From the NCBI GenBank assembly GCA_964252035.1, contig OZ176210.1: 64,000 bases of DNA, one strand, 5' to 3'. Numbering within the stretch: position 1 is the stretch's first letter; each line of letters opens with the position of its first letter. Of the stretch, positions 47,689 through 60,519 are shown piece by piece. Source of the stretch: Podarcis erhardii. Its lineage: Eukaryota. The notes beneath the pieces were generated by a model. The model was not told where the DNA came from and did no database searches. It was given only the letters and a program-made list of their open reading frames with translations. The translations under genes were made by a program, and so were the position numbers.

Positions 47689-47974
47689 AAGATACCCCCT
47701 TGGAATAGGCATGGCTTTCCTGGGAAGTGTTGTTTTTTATGGGCTTTGAGAGTGGATGGAAGAGACTCCCCCTTTCCACACACAGAGCTACAATTCCCAG
47801 AGCTCCCTGGAAGACTGGTTGCTAAATCACCCCGCCATGACTGCTTGGAGTAGCAGAATACTGGTTTAAATGTATGTTGCTGGTGCAGCCTTACTCTTTA
47901 GTAAGTCCCACAAGACACAATGGGGCTTTCTTCTGAGTCAATGCACATAGGCTTGTAGCACCTAAAACCCAGTA

Positions 47975-48261
47975 CAGTGGTGCCCCGCAAGACGAATGCC
48001 TCGCAAGACGAAAAACTCGCTAGACGAAAGGGTTTTCCGTTGTTCGAGGTGCTTCACAAGACGAATTTCCCTATGGGCTTGCTTTGCAAGATGAAAACGT
48101 CTTGCGAGTCTTCCCCCTTTCCCCCCCTTTTTCTAAGCCGCTAAGCCGCTAATAGCCGCTAAGCCGCTAATAGCGCTAATGGCTGTGCTTCGCAAGACAA
48201 AAAAACCGCTAGACGAAGAGACTCGCGGAACGAATTGTTTTCATCTTGCGAGGCACCACTG
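47975..48261. mobile_element. Tc1/mariner MITE, 287 bp
   Basis: TA|cagtggtgcc ... ggcaccactg|TA. Confidence 0.88.
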
Positions 48262-48418
48262 TACATAGAACATGTGAGAGGAGCAGCAACAAAATGTTGC
48301 AGTATATCCTCCCTCTAACAGAAGCACTCCTTCCAACTGATATCCGACATTCTGCAACTACCAAGCATGCTCAGTCTTCGCTGGAAGGTTGAGGGGGATG
48401 TCCACCAAAATTTATATA

Positions 48419-48739
48419 CAGTGGTGCCTCGCAAGACAAAATTAATTCGTTCCGTGAGGCTCTTCGTATAGCGGTTTTTTTGTCTTGCGAAGCAAGCCCA
48501 TTGACAGCTTAGCGGATTAGCGCTATTAGCAGCTTATCAGCGGATCAGCTGATAAGTGGCTTAGCGGCTTAGGAAAAGGGGGGGAAAGGGGGGGAAACCC
48601 GCAGGAACTCGCAAGACATTTCGTCTTGCGAAGCAAACCCATAGGGAAATTCGTTTTGCGAAGCGCCTCCAAAATGGAAAACCCTTTCGTCTAGCGGGTT
48701 TTCCGTCTTGCGAGGCGTTCGTCTTGCGGGGCACCGCTG
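48419..48739. mobile_element. Tc1/mariner MITE, 321 bp, inverted relative to 47975
   Basis: TA TSD; its start is the reverse complement of the end of the 47975 copy. Confidence 0.88.
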
Positions 48740-49960
48740 TACCTGCAAACCTCAGGAATCCCATTACAACGCTGCAATCTTCCTCTCTTGTTCCCCAGTG
48801 GCCTCCAATCCTGTCAGCACTTAACCACCTGAGTTTGCCATTATGAGGTTCTGCAGTTCTGGACTGAATCACTTCAGACCTTCAGGGGTCAAATTTTGGA
48901 AGGCACCATCAACTTGGGGGGGGGGAGGGAATATGCCTTATAAGCAACAAACTAAGATTTGCAGAGACGTGCACCATACATTTCTCTCAGATATTCTAGT
49001 TCATTATTACATGCAGGGATTGAGGGAATATTCAACAATACAAGCCCTGCCCCACCTGTGGCCTAAAGTAGGTGCAAACCAGAATGTTTTGCGTGTGCTT
49101 GGGCTTTTCAGTTTGGAAAGAAGAGATAAATGAGGTTCTGCAGTTAATCCATGGGTAACCTAGCAACCTGGAAGGAATTTCACTCAGCTCCACAAGTACA
49201 ATTTGCCACAGAAGCTAGCTATTTTTTAAAAAAACAGAGAGATTTCTAGCTTGTTTGAAATTATAACCAATTCATAAATCACACAAGATGTGTACAAGCT
49301 CAGATTTAAGAGTGTGCTCTGCCAGGAACAATTTACATCTATATATGCACATCCCAATCTACATTACACCGAATTGGCCAGATGTGCCTTTTGCTGGGAA
49401 TGGGGGTGTGCATCAGCAACTGAAGCCACCCAGTTCTTTTGCTGGGATCTGAGCCAATATTTTATTTTGCCTCTTGCTTTTCCCAGCCTAAAGCTGAACA
49501 TGCACTGTAAATTCTCTTTTTTCCAGAAATGTTTCCTTGCTGAAATTTACATTTAAAATATAATCGTGTGTGTTAGTGGTTCTGCTTTCATATCAATGAA
49601 TAGCAAAACAAATAAGAAAAGTAAACTAGAGGTAATATTAACATTTTGAGCTTACAAAAAGCATTACACAATTTATGACAAATTCTATATTTCCAAAAGT
49701 GGTATTGCTTGATTTTAAAAGCTACCAATATATAAGACATAAGCCCCAAAGGGTGGTAAATATTACTTTCACAAATAAACTTCACTACTGCAACCCATTC
49801 ACGCTGTTTCGTTCATTTGGCTGATCTCCCCTTCCTCAAAATTTGTAACAGTGTTCGTACATTCAGAGTGATGGCAGGCAGCATGGCCCTTGCTCTGATT
49901 TGGCTTTCTAGATTTTATTAAGATTAGCAACTATTATTACATAGGATTTCTAGAAAGAAA

Positions 49961-50399
49961 GAAGATTGGAAAATTTAAAGTTTATATAGGGAAATTTTGT
50001 AAAAATTTAATGAGGGATAGAAAAATCTTGGAATGGGGTTTTTTTTTTTTTTTGGCCTTAGTGGAAATGTTTTAAGAGGTTAAGTGTAAATAGGTATATT
50101 AGATTTAATGGGGAATAAGATTAAAAATATTTTAAGATAAAGGATTTGCTGAGATAATGTATAGAAGTGGAACACAAAAAGGGAGGTGAGAGGAGGTCAA
50201 TGAAACAAGGGAATGAAAGATAGATTATGGTAAAGGTATGATGTGTGTTTTTAAATTGTTTTTGTTTTGTTTAGTTTATAGTGTTTAGATGTTAACGTTG
50301 CGTTTTGTATTGTCTATATTGTATTGTTTCTTTTGTTCTTTTTTTCTTTTTCTTCTTTTTTGTAAGTTTTAAAAGTAATAAATATCATTTTTTTAAAAA
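49961..50399 (+). mobile_element. 5'-truncated L1-like 3' fragment with 18-bp TSD
   Basis: aggatttctagaaagaaa at 49943-49960 and 50400-50417; aataaa and A tail. Confidence 0.78.
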
Positions 50400-51169
50400 A
50401 GGATTTCTAGAAAGAAAAACGGGAGCTAGTTTACTGTCTACTAGTGGTGAACGGCTTGCAAAAAGGCTCCGCTATCTCACATGCTGGCTCGTTTACGAAG
50501 TTCAAATCATAATCCAGCTCCACTGCAGAGACCTCATCTTCCACAGCCTCTTAATCCCCTGGTAAATTTCCATTCTAAACAGGAGCAGCTAGCTAGACAG
50601 CTTTGGAAATGCCTAGATACTCACTGTAGGGACCAACTCTTGCTTTGATCACAGTTTGCAACAGAGCCAGGAAAGGGTTGGGGAAGACATTTTTTTCCAG
50701 CTGGGGTAGATTCTTCTACTTTAGAAAGCAAGATGTCAAAAGTATATTCAGGACAGAAACATACACATTTTCTCTTAGCCTTTCTGCTCGCAAAGCAAAC
50801 CGCTCTTCAGACTTGGGAATCGGGCAACAGAAAGGCACAAAAAGGCAGCCCAAATTCTTGAGCCCCCAAACCCCAAGAGTAAACCCTAAATAAAGTATGC
50901 AGTCAATTCCAGAAAGCAGTTGATGTTTATTGTCAACAGTATATCTAGAATCACAGGTTGCCCCATAAACCAAAACTAATGCAATGCAAGTATAGCAACA
51001 CACACACACTGTCCCAAGAGTAAAAAAAAGAAGAAGAGAGTAATATACTGTACATGGATCCAAACAATCCACAGGAGAATGATATGACTAAAAATCCCGA
51101 GCGACATGAGCTCTGGATAATGAACAAACCACTTTTGAAAACACACACAAATGAATCTACCTTTTGTAC

Positions 51170-51746
51170 AGGGATGGGTGAAATCTACGAATTTTGGTTT
51201 CCCTCTGTTTATCGTTTTTTCCAGTCTTAATTTCAGTTCTCTACATACCCATATCAGTTTGCAATGTATTTGTTTGTTTTAATTCATTGACATTTTGGTG
51301 TGAATTTTGCCTAATATACATTTTTTTGCAGATAAATTTTCCCTAATATACCGTATTTTTCGCTCTATAACACGTACCCGACCATAACCCGCACGTAGTT
51401 TTTAGAGGAGGAAAATCCGTAGGCATGCCACCTGTAGGCATTCCCTCCATAACACGCAGACATTTCCCCTTACTTTCTAGGAGGAAAAAAGTGAGTGTTA
51501 TGGTGCAAAAAATACGGTAATTCACTTTTGTATGTTATTTTCACTAATATAGACATCTGCGTGCACAATTAATCCCAGTATACACATCTATCTAAACATT
51601 ACTTGGCTGGTGAACTGCAGAGCAAAATTTGGTTAGTGTAGATTTCAAAGGATAGCAACATTCCAGTTATTTTATTGGTTTCAGAAGTGCAAATTAGGTA
51701 ACTTTGCTTTTAAATGTGAAATGAATCATATTTCTCTCCCACCCCT
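51170..51746. mobile_element. Old unclassified AT-rich repeat (agggatggg termini); related copies at ~5100-5412 and ~56738-57190
   Basis: Shared attttggtt...ttttcca...cagttctc...atcagtttgcaa motifs among copies; highly degenerate. Confidence 0.5.
51351..51517. mobile_element. TcMar-Tc2-like MITE, 167 bp, nested in an older repeat
   Basis: TA|ccgtatttttcgc ... gcaaaaaatacgg|TA. Confidence 0.82.
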
Positions 51747-52005
51747 ACTCATATGTAGATATATCTTGGCTCAGGAGATGAGGAAAAGGTTGTTTACTAG
51801 AACCTCCCTCTCTGTAACTGTATGAGTAAACATGATGTAAAATATGGATTTCTCACTGATGAGAAATCTAGTTACCATGCCGGAGTCTGGTTCGTTAACT
51901 GCAGTTAACTGGACAAATTGTTTCACCATCTGAAGCACAGCCATGTTAATTGGCTATGCTTGTTCATCAGTGGTTTTAGCTACATCATTCTCCTGAAGAC
52001 TGTTT

Positions 52006-52132
52006 GGCTACATAGCTCAGTTGGTAGAGAATGAGACTCTTAATCTCTTGGTTATGGGTTCAAGCCCCACGTTGGGCCAAAAGATTCCTGCGTTGCAGAC
52101 TAGAAGATCCTTCTAACTCTAGGATTCTATGA
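52006..52132 (+). mobile_element. Short SINE with tRNA-Lys(CTT)-like head and CR1-type 3' end (Squam2/Anolis-SINE2-like)
   Basis: Head tagctcagttggtagagaatgagactcttaatctc..., tail ctaactctaggattctatga. Confidence 0.7.
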
Positions 52133-52219
52133 CATACATTATCTTGTTTTTAAATGAACTTTTTGTTGTTGTTATGTTATTTCATGTAAAATGTTATTGC
52201 TCTTTGACCTAGAGAAATA

Positions 52220-52989
52220 GGGGGATATAGGAAGCCCTGAACACATATTTTTTAGATGTCGCTTTTACAATGAGGCACGTAGAGAAACCATTGACCCCCC
52301 TGCTGGCGAGGCTTGCTGACCTCCCGGTAAAACAAAAATCTGATCTTCTCCGGTTAGGCAAAGACCAAAAGACGACCCAGATCGTCGCCAGATTCTGTGC
52401 ACAGATCATAGCTGTCAACTTACAGATTTGAAAATAAGGGATCAGCAGCCAAAATAAGGGATCAACAATTACTTTGATAAAATACATATTTTGTTGCATG
52501 CAAATGGCTTTAGATACCTATTAGGTCCATAAATTACCATATAGCATATATTCAACACAAAAAAACAGCAACAATTTGTTGTTGACAAAGGACAGCTGGC
52601 CATAGAAAGGGCCCCATTACCTTCAGTAGCTTATTTAAGGGACATCATCAATAAGGGACAGCAGTGGGGCATGGCGCTGGGATAAGGGACTGTCCCGCCA
52701 AATAAGGGATGCTTGACAGCTATGGCACAGATCTGTAGGCGCAGACCATCCCCCGATTCAATCTAGTTTGTTAAGAAAATTCCCAAACCCGGATCCACAG
52801 GCAACTTTGGGTCATTTCTCTAAGGTAGTCTACTTTAAAGTTTTTATGTGTTTATATGCCTATCACACTTTTAAACTTAAAATCCATTGTTGTACATAGT
52901 TTTAAATGTCTGTTTTGCTTTTGGGATTGTAGTTCCAGTTGTGTTTCTCAAGCTGGTCTCTGACCGTAATAAATTTCATCCATGATTCA
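52220..52989 (+). mobile_element. 5'-truncated non-LTR retrotransposon (clade unresolved) with 15-bp TSD, interrupted by a hAT MITE
   Basis: tgacctagagaaata at 52205-52219 and 52990-53004; reading frame GSPEHIFFRCRFY...ARFCAQICRRRPSPDSI* is restored when the MITE is removed. Confidence 0.8.
52407..52724. mobile_element. hAT MITE (TIR catagctgtcaa), 318 bp, inverted relative to the 37969 copy
   Basis: Perfect TIR; TSD gcacagat at 52399-52406 and 52725-52732. Confidence 0.9.
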
Positions 52990-53956
52990 TGACCTAGAGA
53001 AATAAAAGAAGAGATCTATCTATTCATTTAAGTTGCTTATGTCCTGCTTTTCTAATCTCACTGCGCGCTAAGTCTCAGATTCTGTTGGCACAAGGATTTC
53101 TCTTTGCACAACGAAATTACTCTGTCCTTCCCCTGTGTACCCTCTAAATCTGTTCTCAGGGTTCCCCCACCCCTCTAGAACAGATCTGGGGACAGTGTGT
53201 GACACTTGGGGTAAGTGTGTGTCTGTTTGTGCTAGTGTTAATCCTTGCAGTAGCACAAAAGTCAGTTGAATACACACATTTTCATTTTAACGTAAGCAGC
53301 TTTGGAGACGTAACAATAAAATGCAAAATAAAAAATGAATGAAGTACTGAAATACTCTTGGCTGCAAAACCCAGCACTGCCACCAGTTGTGGAGATAACT
53401 CCCCTCAGAAGCAGAGCTGGCCCTGGCATTGCTCAGCCTTTGTTGCCACCTCTTCTTCCAGGATTTTGGTGGTGCAGAAGGGGCTCTGGTATTCAGAAGG
53501 AGCAGACAGAACAATTCTATTTGTAGGTTCTTCTGGGTTTTTTTTAAAGTTACTGTTATGGTGTACATTTTATGTGGATGATGTAACCTGCCCTGGGAAT
53601 GCTTCTTGATGGAAATGTGGCATGAAAAGGAAGAAAGCAAAGCCCAACGGAAACATCCAGAGTCCATCACAAAACGACTTCTGGAATAAAAATGTGTTCA
53701 AGCGCCATATAAAAATGGGACAGAAGGCTTGCAGGATCTATGAGGGGGCAGATTTCCACAACTGCAGCACCACCACGAAGAAGGCACTGTCCCAGTTGCT
53801 CATCAATCAAGGATTTGCTAATCACAGACTAAAAATCCCAGACAGTTTTCTGTGTCCGTAAACTTGGGATAAAGTTATTCTCTAACTGTAGCACTTAACT
53901 TGGGTAAGTGACATTTCCAATTTTATTTCAGTGCCTTCTTAAAACCTACTTATTTA

Positions 53957-54217
53957 CCGTATTTTTTGCTCTATAAGGCTCACTTTTTCCCTCCTAAAAA
54001 GTAAGGGGGAATGTGTGTGCGTCTTATGGAGCGAATGCAGGCTGCGCAGCTATCCCAGAAGCCAGAACAGCAAGAGGGATTAATGCTTTCACTACATAGC
54101 GATCGCTCTTGCTGTTCTGGCTTCTGAGATTCAGATTTTTTTTTCTTTCTTGTTTTCCTCCTCCAAATACTAGGTGTGTCTTGTGGTCTGGTGGGTCTTA
54201 TAGTGTGAAAAATACGG
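53957..54217. mobile_element. TcMar-Tc2-like MITE, 261 bp
   Basis: TA|ccgtattttttgc ... gaaaaatacgg. Confidence 0.78.
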
Positions 54218-55034
54218 TGACTGTGCTTTTGTAAATATCTAATTCCGGTTTTAGTCCTGCCTGGTGCAGCAACATTTTATACTGTGTATGATACTGCCTG
54301 GTGTGTGCACTTTTTAAATAGGTATCCTTCCTCAAGGGGACAGGCAGCACAGAAATGTTTCAAATGAAATAAAATGAACAAATATTACTAGCACCATAAC
54401 CTGAGCTCAGAACCGAAACAGAAACAGCAGATCTAGCTAGCACAACTCACAAACTCTTTCCCACAAACTTTTACAATACTGGATGAATGCACATCCTTTC
54501 TTCTGGAGAATATGGGTCATGAGGGAGCCTTTCAGGGGAGGTATTTATCCCGTCTCTCTGACGGACGCATAATCTATGATCTCCTGGAAAGGTGAGAGCA
54601 GTAACCTTCTTCAACAACACAGAAGGACTCAAACTGTGCAGAGGTGCAAGGGTACAGATGCCATCCCCACTTCCAAGATCTGTATGCAACACCACCCTGC
54701 CCACTCCTCTTCCAACCTTTCTTTGCATGGAGCACAAAAATCTCCAGGGAAATTCTGACTCATTCATGTGGCCACAGACAGAATCCTCCGAATGATCACC
54801 CGGATGAAAGGGGCGATTTCAACTAAATTTAGCTAAACACTGTGAGATTCCCCCTTCCGACTGTTATGGGCAACACAGAAAGATACAGTCAGGAGAAAGG
54901 GAGGTGGGGTTTCATAGGGGTGAAGCCAGTGCACATGGCCCCAGTCACAAAAACATGAGCCTTCACACATTCATCTGAATGCTCAAACAGGGCTTGTGAG
55001 AACACCGCTGAAAACCACTGCTCCAAAACCAGTA

Positions 55035-55280
55035 CAGCCGTACCTTGGTTCTCGAACGCCTTGGTACTCGTATGTTTCGGCTCCCGAATGCCGAAAACCC
55101 GGAAATAAGTGGTTTTCCGGTTTTCAAACATTCTTTGGAAGCTGAACGTCCAACGCGGCTTCCGACTGAGTTGCAGGAAGCTCCTACAGCCAACTGGAAG
55201 CTGCGCCTTGGTTTTCGAACGGTTCCAGGAGTCGAACGGACTCCCAGAACAGATCAAGTTCGAAAACCAAGGTACCACTG
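55035..55280. mobile_element. Tc1/mariner MITE, 246 bp
   Basis: TA TSD; TIR cagccgtaccttggtt / aaccaaggtaccactg; related copy at 56192-56433. Confidence 0.82.
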
Positions 55281-56974
55281 TACTGAAACTGTGTGTGTCT
55301 TGGTGCCATTCTATAGGTTTCACTCCTCATTTCTCTTATTAGGCAAAGATATTAGGCTGGGGGATAAACGTCAGGTCAAGTTGCACACATGTTAAGAGGG
55401 ACTGTGTTGTTTTATAAAGGACACAAGAAGAAATGCCAAGATTTGGAAGCTTTTCAACCATTCTGACGAGGGTTGCCAGGAAGGTCTTATTGGCTATAAT
55501 ATCTGTCACAGACAAGTAGCTGAAGAGTGGAATCAGCCCTAAAGGATCATATGCGCAGAGTCTGGCAGGGCTGCTAAAGTTGCTTTCCCCAAGCAACGGG
55601 CTGCTCCACTCTGCAGATAACCATGTTATCCTGCGAAAAATGTGTAGGCAGGTTCATCCTATTCGGCTTGTCCTGAAAGCAGCTCTCTTCGCCTCTCCGC
55701 ACCCAACAGCACAAGAGGGAATACTGAGGAACTATCCCTAAGAGAATTTCATTTCATTTCGCCCTGCACCAGAAAGGGGAGCGAATACTCATGAGCAGAA
55801 ACACGGACACCAGAAGTTCATGCTGGTTCACACATCTAAACTCTCTGCACCTCTTCTATCCAACAGTATACAGCCTTTTCTGCCCCAAGGCTTCTTTCTT
55901 CTAAATTTTACATGAGCAGTTAAAATGTTTGTCAAAATTCCATGGCATCACAGCTCGACCAATGCTTACAAAGGACTTAAATATTAATACGTAATAGCTG
56001 GCCTGTTTTAGCTCAATTGATTCTTTTTTAAAAACTTCCTAACCTTTCATTTTTTTTTGCAAAACTATATTTTTGGGGAAAGACCATGCCTGTGCTTTAC
56101 TTTGAAACTATGCTATGTATCTTTGCAGCTGCAGTAAAATACACGGACCGCCACTGGGGAAGAACGATAAATCTTTAACAGCCAGTAAGTAGAATCAAAC
56201 CTTGGCTCCCAAACGGCTCCATTTTGGAATGTTTCGGCTCCTAAATGCAGAAAACCCGGAAGTAAATGCTCCGTTTTTTTAGAACATTTTTCGGAAGCCG
56301 AACGTCTAACGCAGCTTCCACTGAGTGCAGGAAGCTCTTACAACCAATCAGAAGGCGCGATTCAGTTGTTGATCATTTCGGAAGCCGAACGGGCTTCCGG
56401 AACAGATCACGTTTGACAACCGAGGTTTGACTGTATATGAAAAGCAGTGTTAAGCACACAGGCTACGATGGAGCAGAAAATGAGACCTATTAATCACCAC
56501 TTTTCAGCAGTATTTTTGACACAGGCTTGCAAACCCTGGTGGGCATGTCTTTCCATGGACTTCACACATTAACAAAGCTCAGAAGGCAAGCGCCCAATAT
56601 GGCAAGAAAACTTCATGCAGGAAATTTAACTACGGGGGGGGGGGGGACAAAACAAAGATTGTGTCTGTCAACTGGCAAATTATTAAAAGGGTAGCAATTC
56701 AACAAAATCCATTTTACATGAACCTTTCAATTTCACATAAGGATGACCATGAACCTTTCAATTTCACTTTCTCATTTTCCAGTCCTAATTGCAGTTCTCC
56801 ACATCAGTTTGCAAAATGTCTGTCTCTCTCTGTGTGTATATATGCACACATATATATATATATACATATGTCCAGCATCTTAGTGTGAATTCCACTTAAT
56901 AGCCACATTTCTGTATACAATTCTATGATTTTTGCAAAGCAATTTGCAAATATAATGCATTTTATAGGTTCCAT

Positions 56975-56990
56975 CTATCCATCATCTATC

Positions 56991-57039
<49 letters not shown>

Positions 57040-57061
57040 CCTATCATCTATCTATCTATCT
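56975..57061. repeat. (ATCT)n microsatellite (GATA repeat on the minus strand)
   Basis: Direct reading. Confidence 0.95.
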
Positions 57062-57940
57062 GCACATCTTAGGCACATTTTAGCCTAGTTTATGCATTTT
57101 TTGAATACATAACTTGGCTGAAGAAGCAAAATGCAAAACTTGGATAACTGTGTTTTGTTTCTGATACCATTTTGGAAAATGCAAATTAAGTTGATTGGGG
57201 GGGGGGCTGATGAAACCCAACACAATCCGGAGTCTTTTCTAGATGCCTCCAGATTATTTCTGGAGCAGATCAGGATAGATACAGAACATGTGTGTGCGCA
57301 TGTTTGTGCATGTGCACACTCACCACTAGAAAAACAAAGTCTGTATGAGAGTGCTACATGCAGGAAGACATATGGACTGAAAGTTCTCTATCAGGAACCA
57401 TGCTGCTTCCAGACCCCAGAAAAGTAACACACCAGTAACCTCAATGGCCTCCTTCACAGCTGAGCATTTAACCGGAACCCTTGAAATTTGAATCTCTCCA
57501 CCAGCATGCAGAAAACTGTTTCATAGCAGTCTCCCGCAACTTGGTACCTTCCAAATTTGAACTATAACTCCTATCCCACCACAGGCTATGCTGGCTGGAG
57601 CTGAAGGGAGTTATAGTCCGACAACTTCTGAAGGCGCCAGGCTATGGAACACTTAACAGTTGAAATACTTTGCCTCGTTATTATGTTTAAGTAGCTTAAG
57701 GACTACTTAGGAATTCCTATGAGCACTTTTCTTCTCAAAAAGCCGTTTTTTGCTTCCCTCCCAGCCCACTTTAAATTTACTTTTCTCAATCTTTTGCCAC
57801 TTAAAAAATAAAAGTTATGACCAAAAAAAAAGGATGCCAAGCAAAACACACATTTATAAAGGGGAGGGGGAGGGGAAGAACATCTCAATCTCCTTTGCAT
57901 AGTATGAGGAACATTGGAATTTAAATATAAGATACTGTAC

Positions 57941-60280
57941 TTGTCCGCTTGAGTCTGCAGCCTGCTGGAAGTGTGTTGCTAGAGACGTCTCGTCCTGGAA
58001 AACTTCGTTGCACTCCAGACACTTCAAGCTATGCCTGCACAGCTTTGGCGAGTCTTCGTCCAGGGGCATGGCTGGAGGGACAGTCGTGCTTGCCGGAGCC
58101 GAGATGACTGCTCCGGTGATGTTGGACTGTATCTTGGCAACGGTATGGGCGCCCATCCCGATGGAACTCTGAAGGACGGACGAGGCGACAGAACTATTGC
58201 TCGTCGGAGAAGCTATCATTTGATCCGCCGGGACGGGTTTCAAAATCAAGTGGGAGCACTGCATCACCACCCCTTTCTCCTTATGCCCGCGGGCGTGAGA
58301 GAGGAGGCTGCACTTATTGTAGAAAACAAGGTTCTTTGTGCAGTGGTTGCAGGTGACCTCAATCCGCACGCTCCTCCGGTCGTAGTGCTGCGTCAGGCTC
58401 CTTTCCAGGGCGAAGGAGTCTCCGCACTCCAAACACTTGTAGCCACGCGGGGGCAAAGCGATGCCCGCGTTGGCGGGGGGGCTGAGGTTTGGGATGTAAA
58501 CAGGGACGGGGTTAACACTGCTGAGCACCTTGTTGAAAGCCTCGACCACGGAGCTCTGCAAAGACGACACCACCTGGACTCGGGACACCTTCTTCGAAGG
58601 CTGCGAAGCCGCCGCAGAGATTATTGCCTGCTTGATCTGCTGCTGAGGTTTGGTGAGCACCTGGCGGAGTTCGGAGGTGGCCTGAGCGCTTTGAGGCAGT
58701 AGGTTAAGGTTGGCAAGATGGACTGTCTTTGGCACGAGTTTGGCGCTGGCAAGGCTGGACGCTGGCACCACCACAGTCTGCTGCTGTATGGCGTTGGCAG
58801 CTTTGATAATGGCACTGCTGGCACTCTGCACCGAAGCAGCAGATATCACGGTGGCTTTCACCGTCGTGTTGTTCGCGAGCTTCAGGTTGATAACTTGGGA
58901 TCCTGCTGTCTTAACAGCCGACACCGGAAGGAAAGCAGTAGCCACGGGTTTAATGGTGACCTGCTTCGGGGCGAGTTCTGCGGACGCAACGGCGTTGGTG
59001 ACGACCGTCGACTGAAGGGGTGCCCGAGGGGGAGAAGAAAGGACTGCGGCGGAAGTTGGGGAGGAGAGCAGCGAAGTCATGGACGCCACCATGGAAGTGG
59101 TTTGTTCTGCTTTGCGTCCGCCGTCCAAATCAACTTCCGGCAACACTCTCGTAACCGTCCTCTTGATTTCACCAGACGACGTCTTGATGGTTTTGATGCG
59201 GACTTTGGGGATTGCTGGTGTCGAGCCTGCGGGCGACGGCGGAGACCCTTTGCTACTGTTTTCGCTCGATACGCTCCGGGGACTGTCAGGTTGCTTAACA
59301 GAGGGTTTCTTAGCACAGTCAATGAGACTCTGAGATTCAGGTGATTTGTCAATGGCCCTAGGGCTTTCATTCATATCTTTTGGCAAGGGAGACGGCTCTC
59401 TTGAAGTAGACTGTGGGTCTTTCACAGGGTCTGTTGCTGCTTTTTTAGCACTAAGTGCTGCGATGGCAGCAATACACGAGGAGAGTTTTGCTGATGACTT
59501 TGCTTTCGACTGTGAAACACTGGTGAGGTTTGCTTCCACTTTCTCGGTGCCTATTTTTCCATCAAGTACCCGGTTTTCATGTACCTTTTCGGGATTTTCT
59601 TTATGTAGCTTATCATCTGTTTTTCTCGCTTTAAAGGGTTCGTACATACCCAAAGGCGTAGAGTTTGTTTCTGAGTCTCTTTTAACAAGTTTATTTTTAT
59701 CGGCATTACCGGAACCTGCAACTCCAGGTTTCATCAGGTTTTCCCCTCCAAGTACCTTTAATTTCTCATAATCCTGCTGGGAGACGGACCCCGTCAATAC
59801 GTTCGCTCTGAAGCTCCCACGCATCTCTTCCTTATCAGGGGGGTCATCCACCTCAATTTTTTCATCATCGTCGAATTCTTCAGCACTTGAGATAGGGCTG
59901 AATTGGTTGAAGGTAGACTCTTTCAGTGTTGTCTCAGAAACAGAGCCCTCGTCTTTGTGAGATTTGCAGTCTTCTTTATTGTAACCATCTAGAGTCGAAA
60001 CAGTTAAAAACCCGTTATGCAAGCCATTGCCTGTAGAGGGGTGACCTTCCTTCTCCGCTCCTTCAGAGGAATCAATCGTCCGCACGTTTTTCACGATGAC
60101 GCTGACGCCAACATCGGATGACGACGGTGCGTGAGAATCGTCATCAGCATGCACATTCTGCTTGATGTGGCTTTCGTGGTCATCGTGTCCTGACTCAATA
60201 GCAGCTTTAGGGTCAACCATATCTGGGATGTCAAATGCCGCAAGGAGGTCGTCAAAGTCCGGGGTCTTCATATCTCCCAT
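57941..60280 (-). CDS. ZNF532: ZNF532 coding exon 1 (780 codons; N-terminal DFDDLLAAFDIPD motif and first C2H2 fingers)
   Basis: Translation MGDMKTPDFDDLLAAFDIPDMVDPKAAIESGH...QQAADSSGQ closely matches human ZNF532 as I recall it. Acceptor ttttgtag at 60308-60309. ATG at 60280 in accATGG context. Donor CAA|GTACAG at 57940. Confidence 0.97.
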
Positions 60281-60519
60281 GGTCACGTTAATGGCTTAGA
60301 AGCAAATCTACAAAATGAACAGAAATGTTTCCTATCAGTGCTGTGATTTTTAACATGCAAAAATACCCATACCAGTGGGAAATGAAGCCCACTAAAGTTG
60401 TTTCATTCTGCCAAGAAACTTACACAAACTTTCTGAAGGGTTTCTAATTACTTTGAGGACTTGCAAGTAAGGAAAGGATTTTGCTTTTTAAGCCAATTGT
60501 GAGGGAAACCTTTCTTCTC

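Noticed and set aside
47552-47783. PolyQ, polyN and polyT ORFs
   Set aside because: They are translations of the (AAT)n(GTT)n LINE tail.
52006-52080. tRNA-Lys(CTT)-like sequence (also at 24745 and 12140-12214)
   Set aside because: The stems are broken and each is fused to a CR1-type tail, so these are SINE heads rather than tRNA genes.
4133-56767. Short tandem duplications of 15-25 bp (4133-4170, 9758-9792, 13018-13053, ~21275-21310, 28915-28968, 56717-56767)
   Set aside because: Ordinary slippage or repair duplications, with no shared motif or functional pattern.
57854-57940. C-terminal VQYLIFKF...SPL of the 810-aa ORF
   Set aside because: Read-through into the intron past the GTACAG donor; the true frame continues at 44742.
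58031-59771. Several long plus-strand ORFs (up to 223 aa) and alternate-frame ORFs over the large ZNF532 exon
   Set aside because: They are shadows of a GC-rich coding exon, with no recognisable domains, and most use non-ATG starts.
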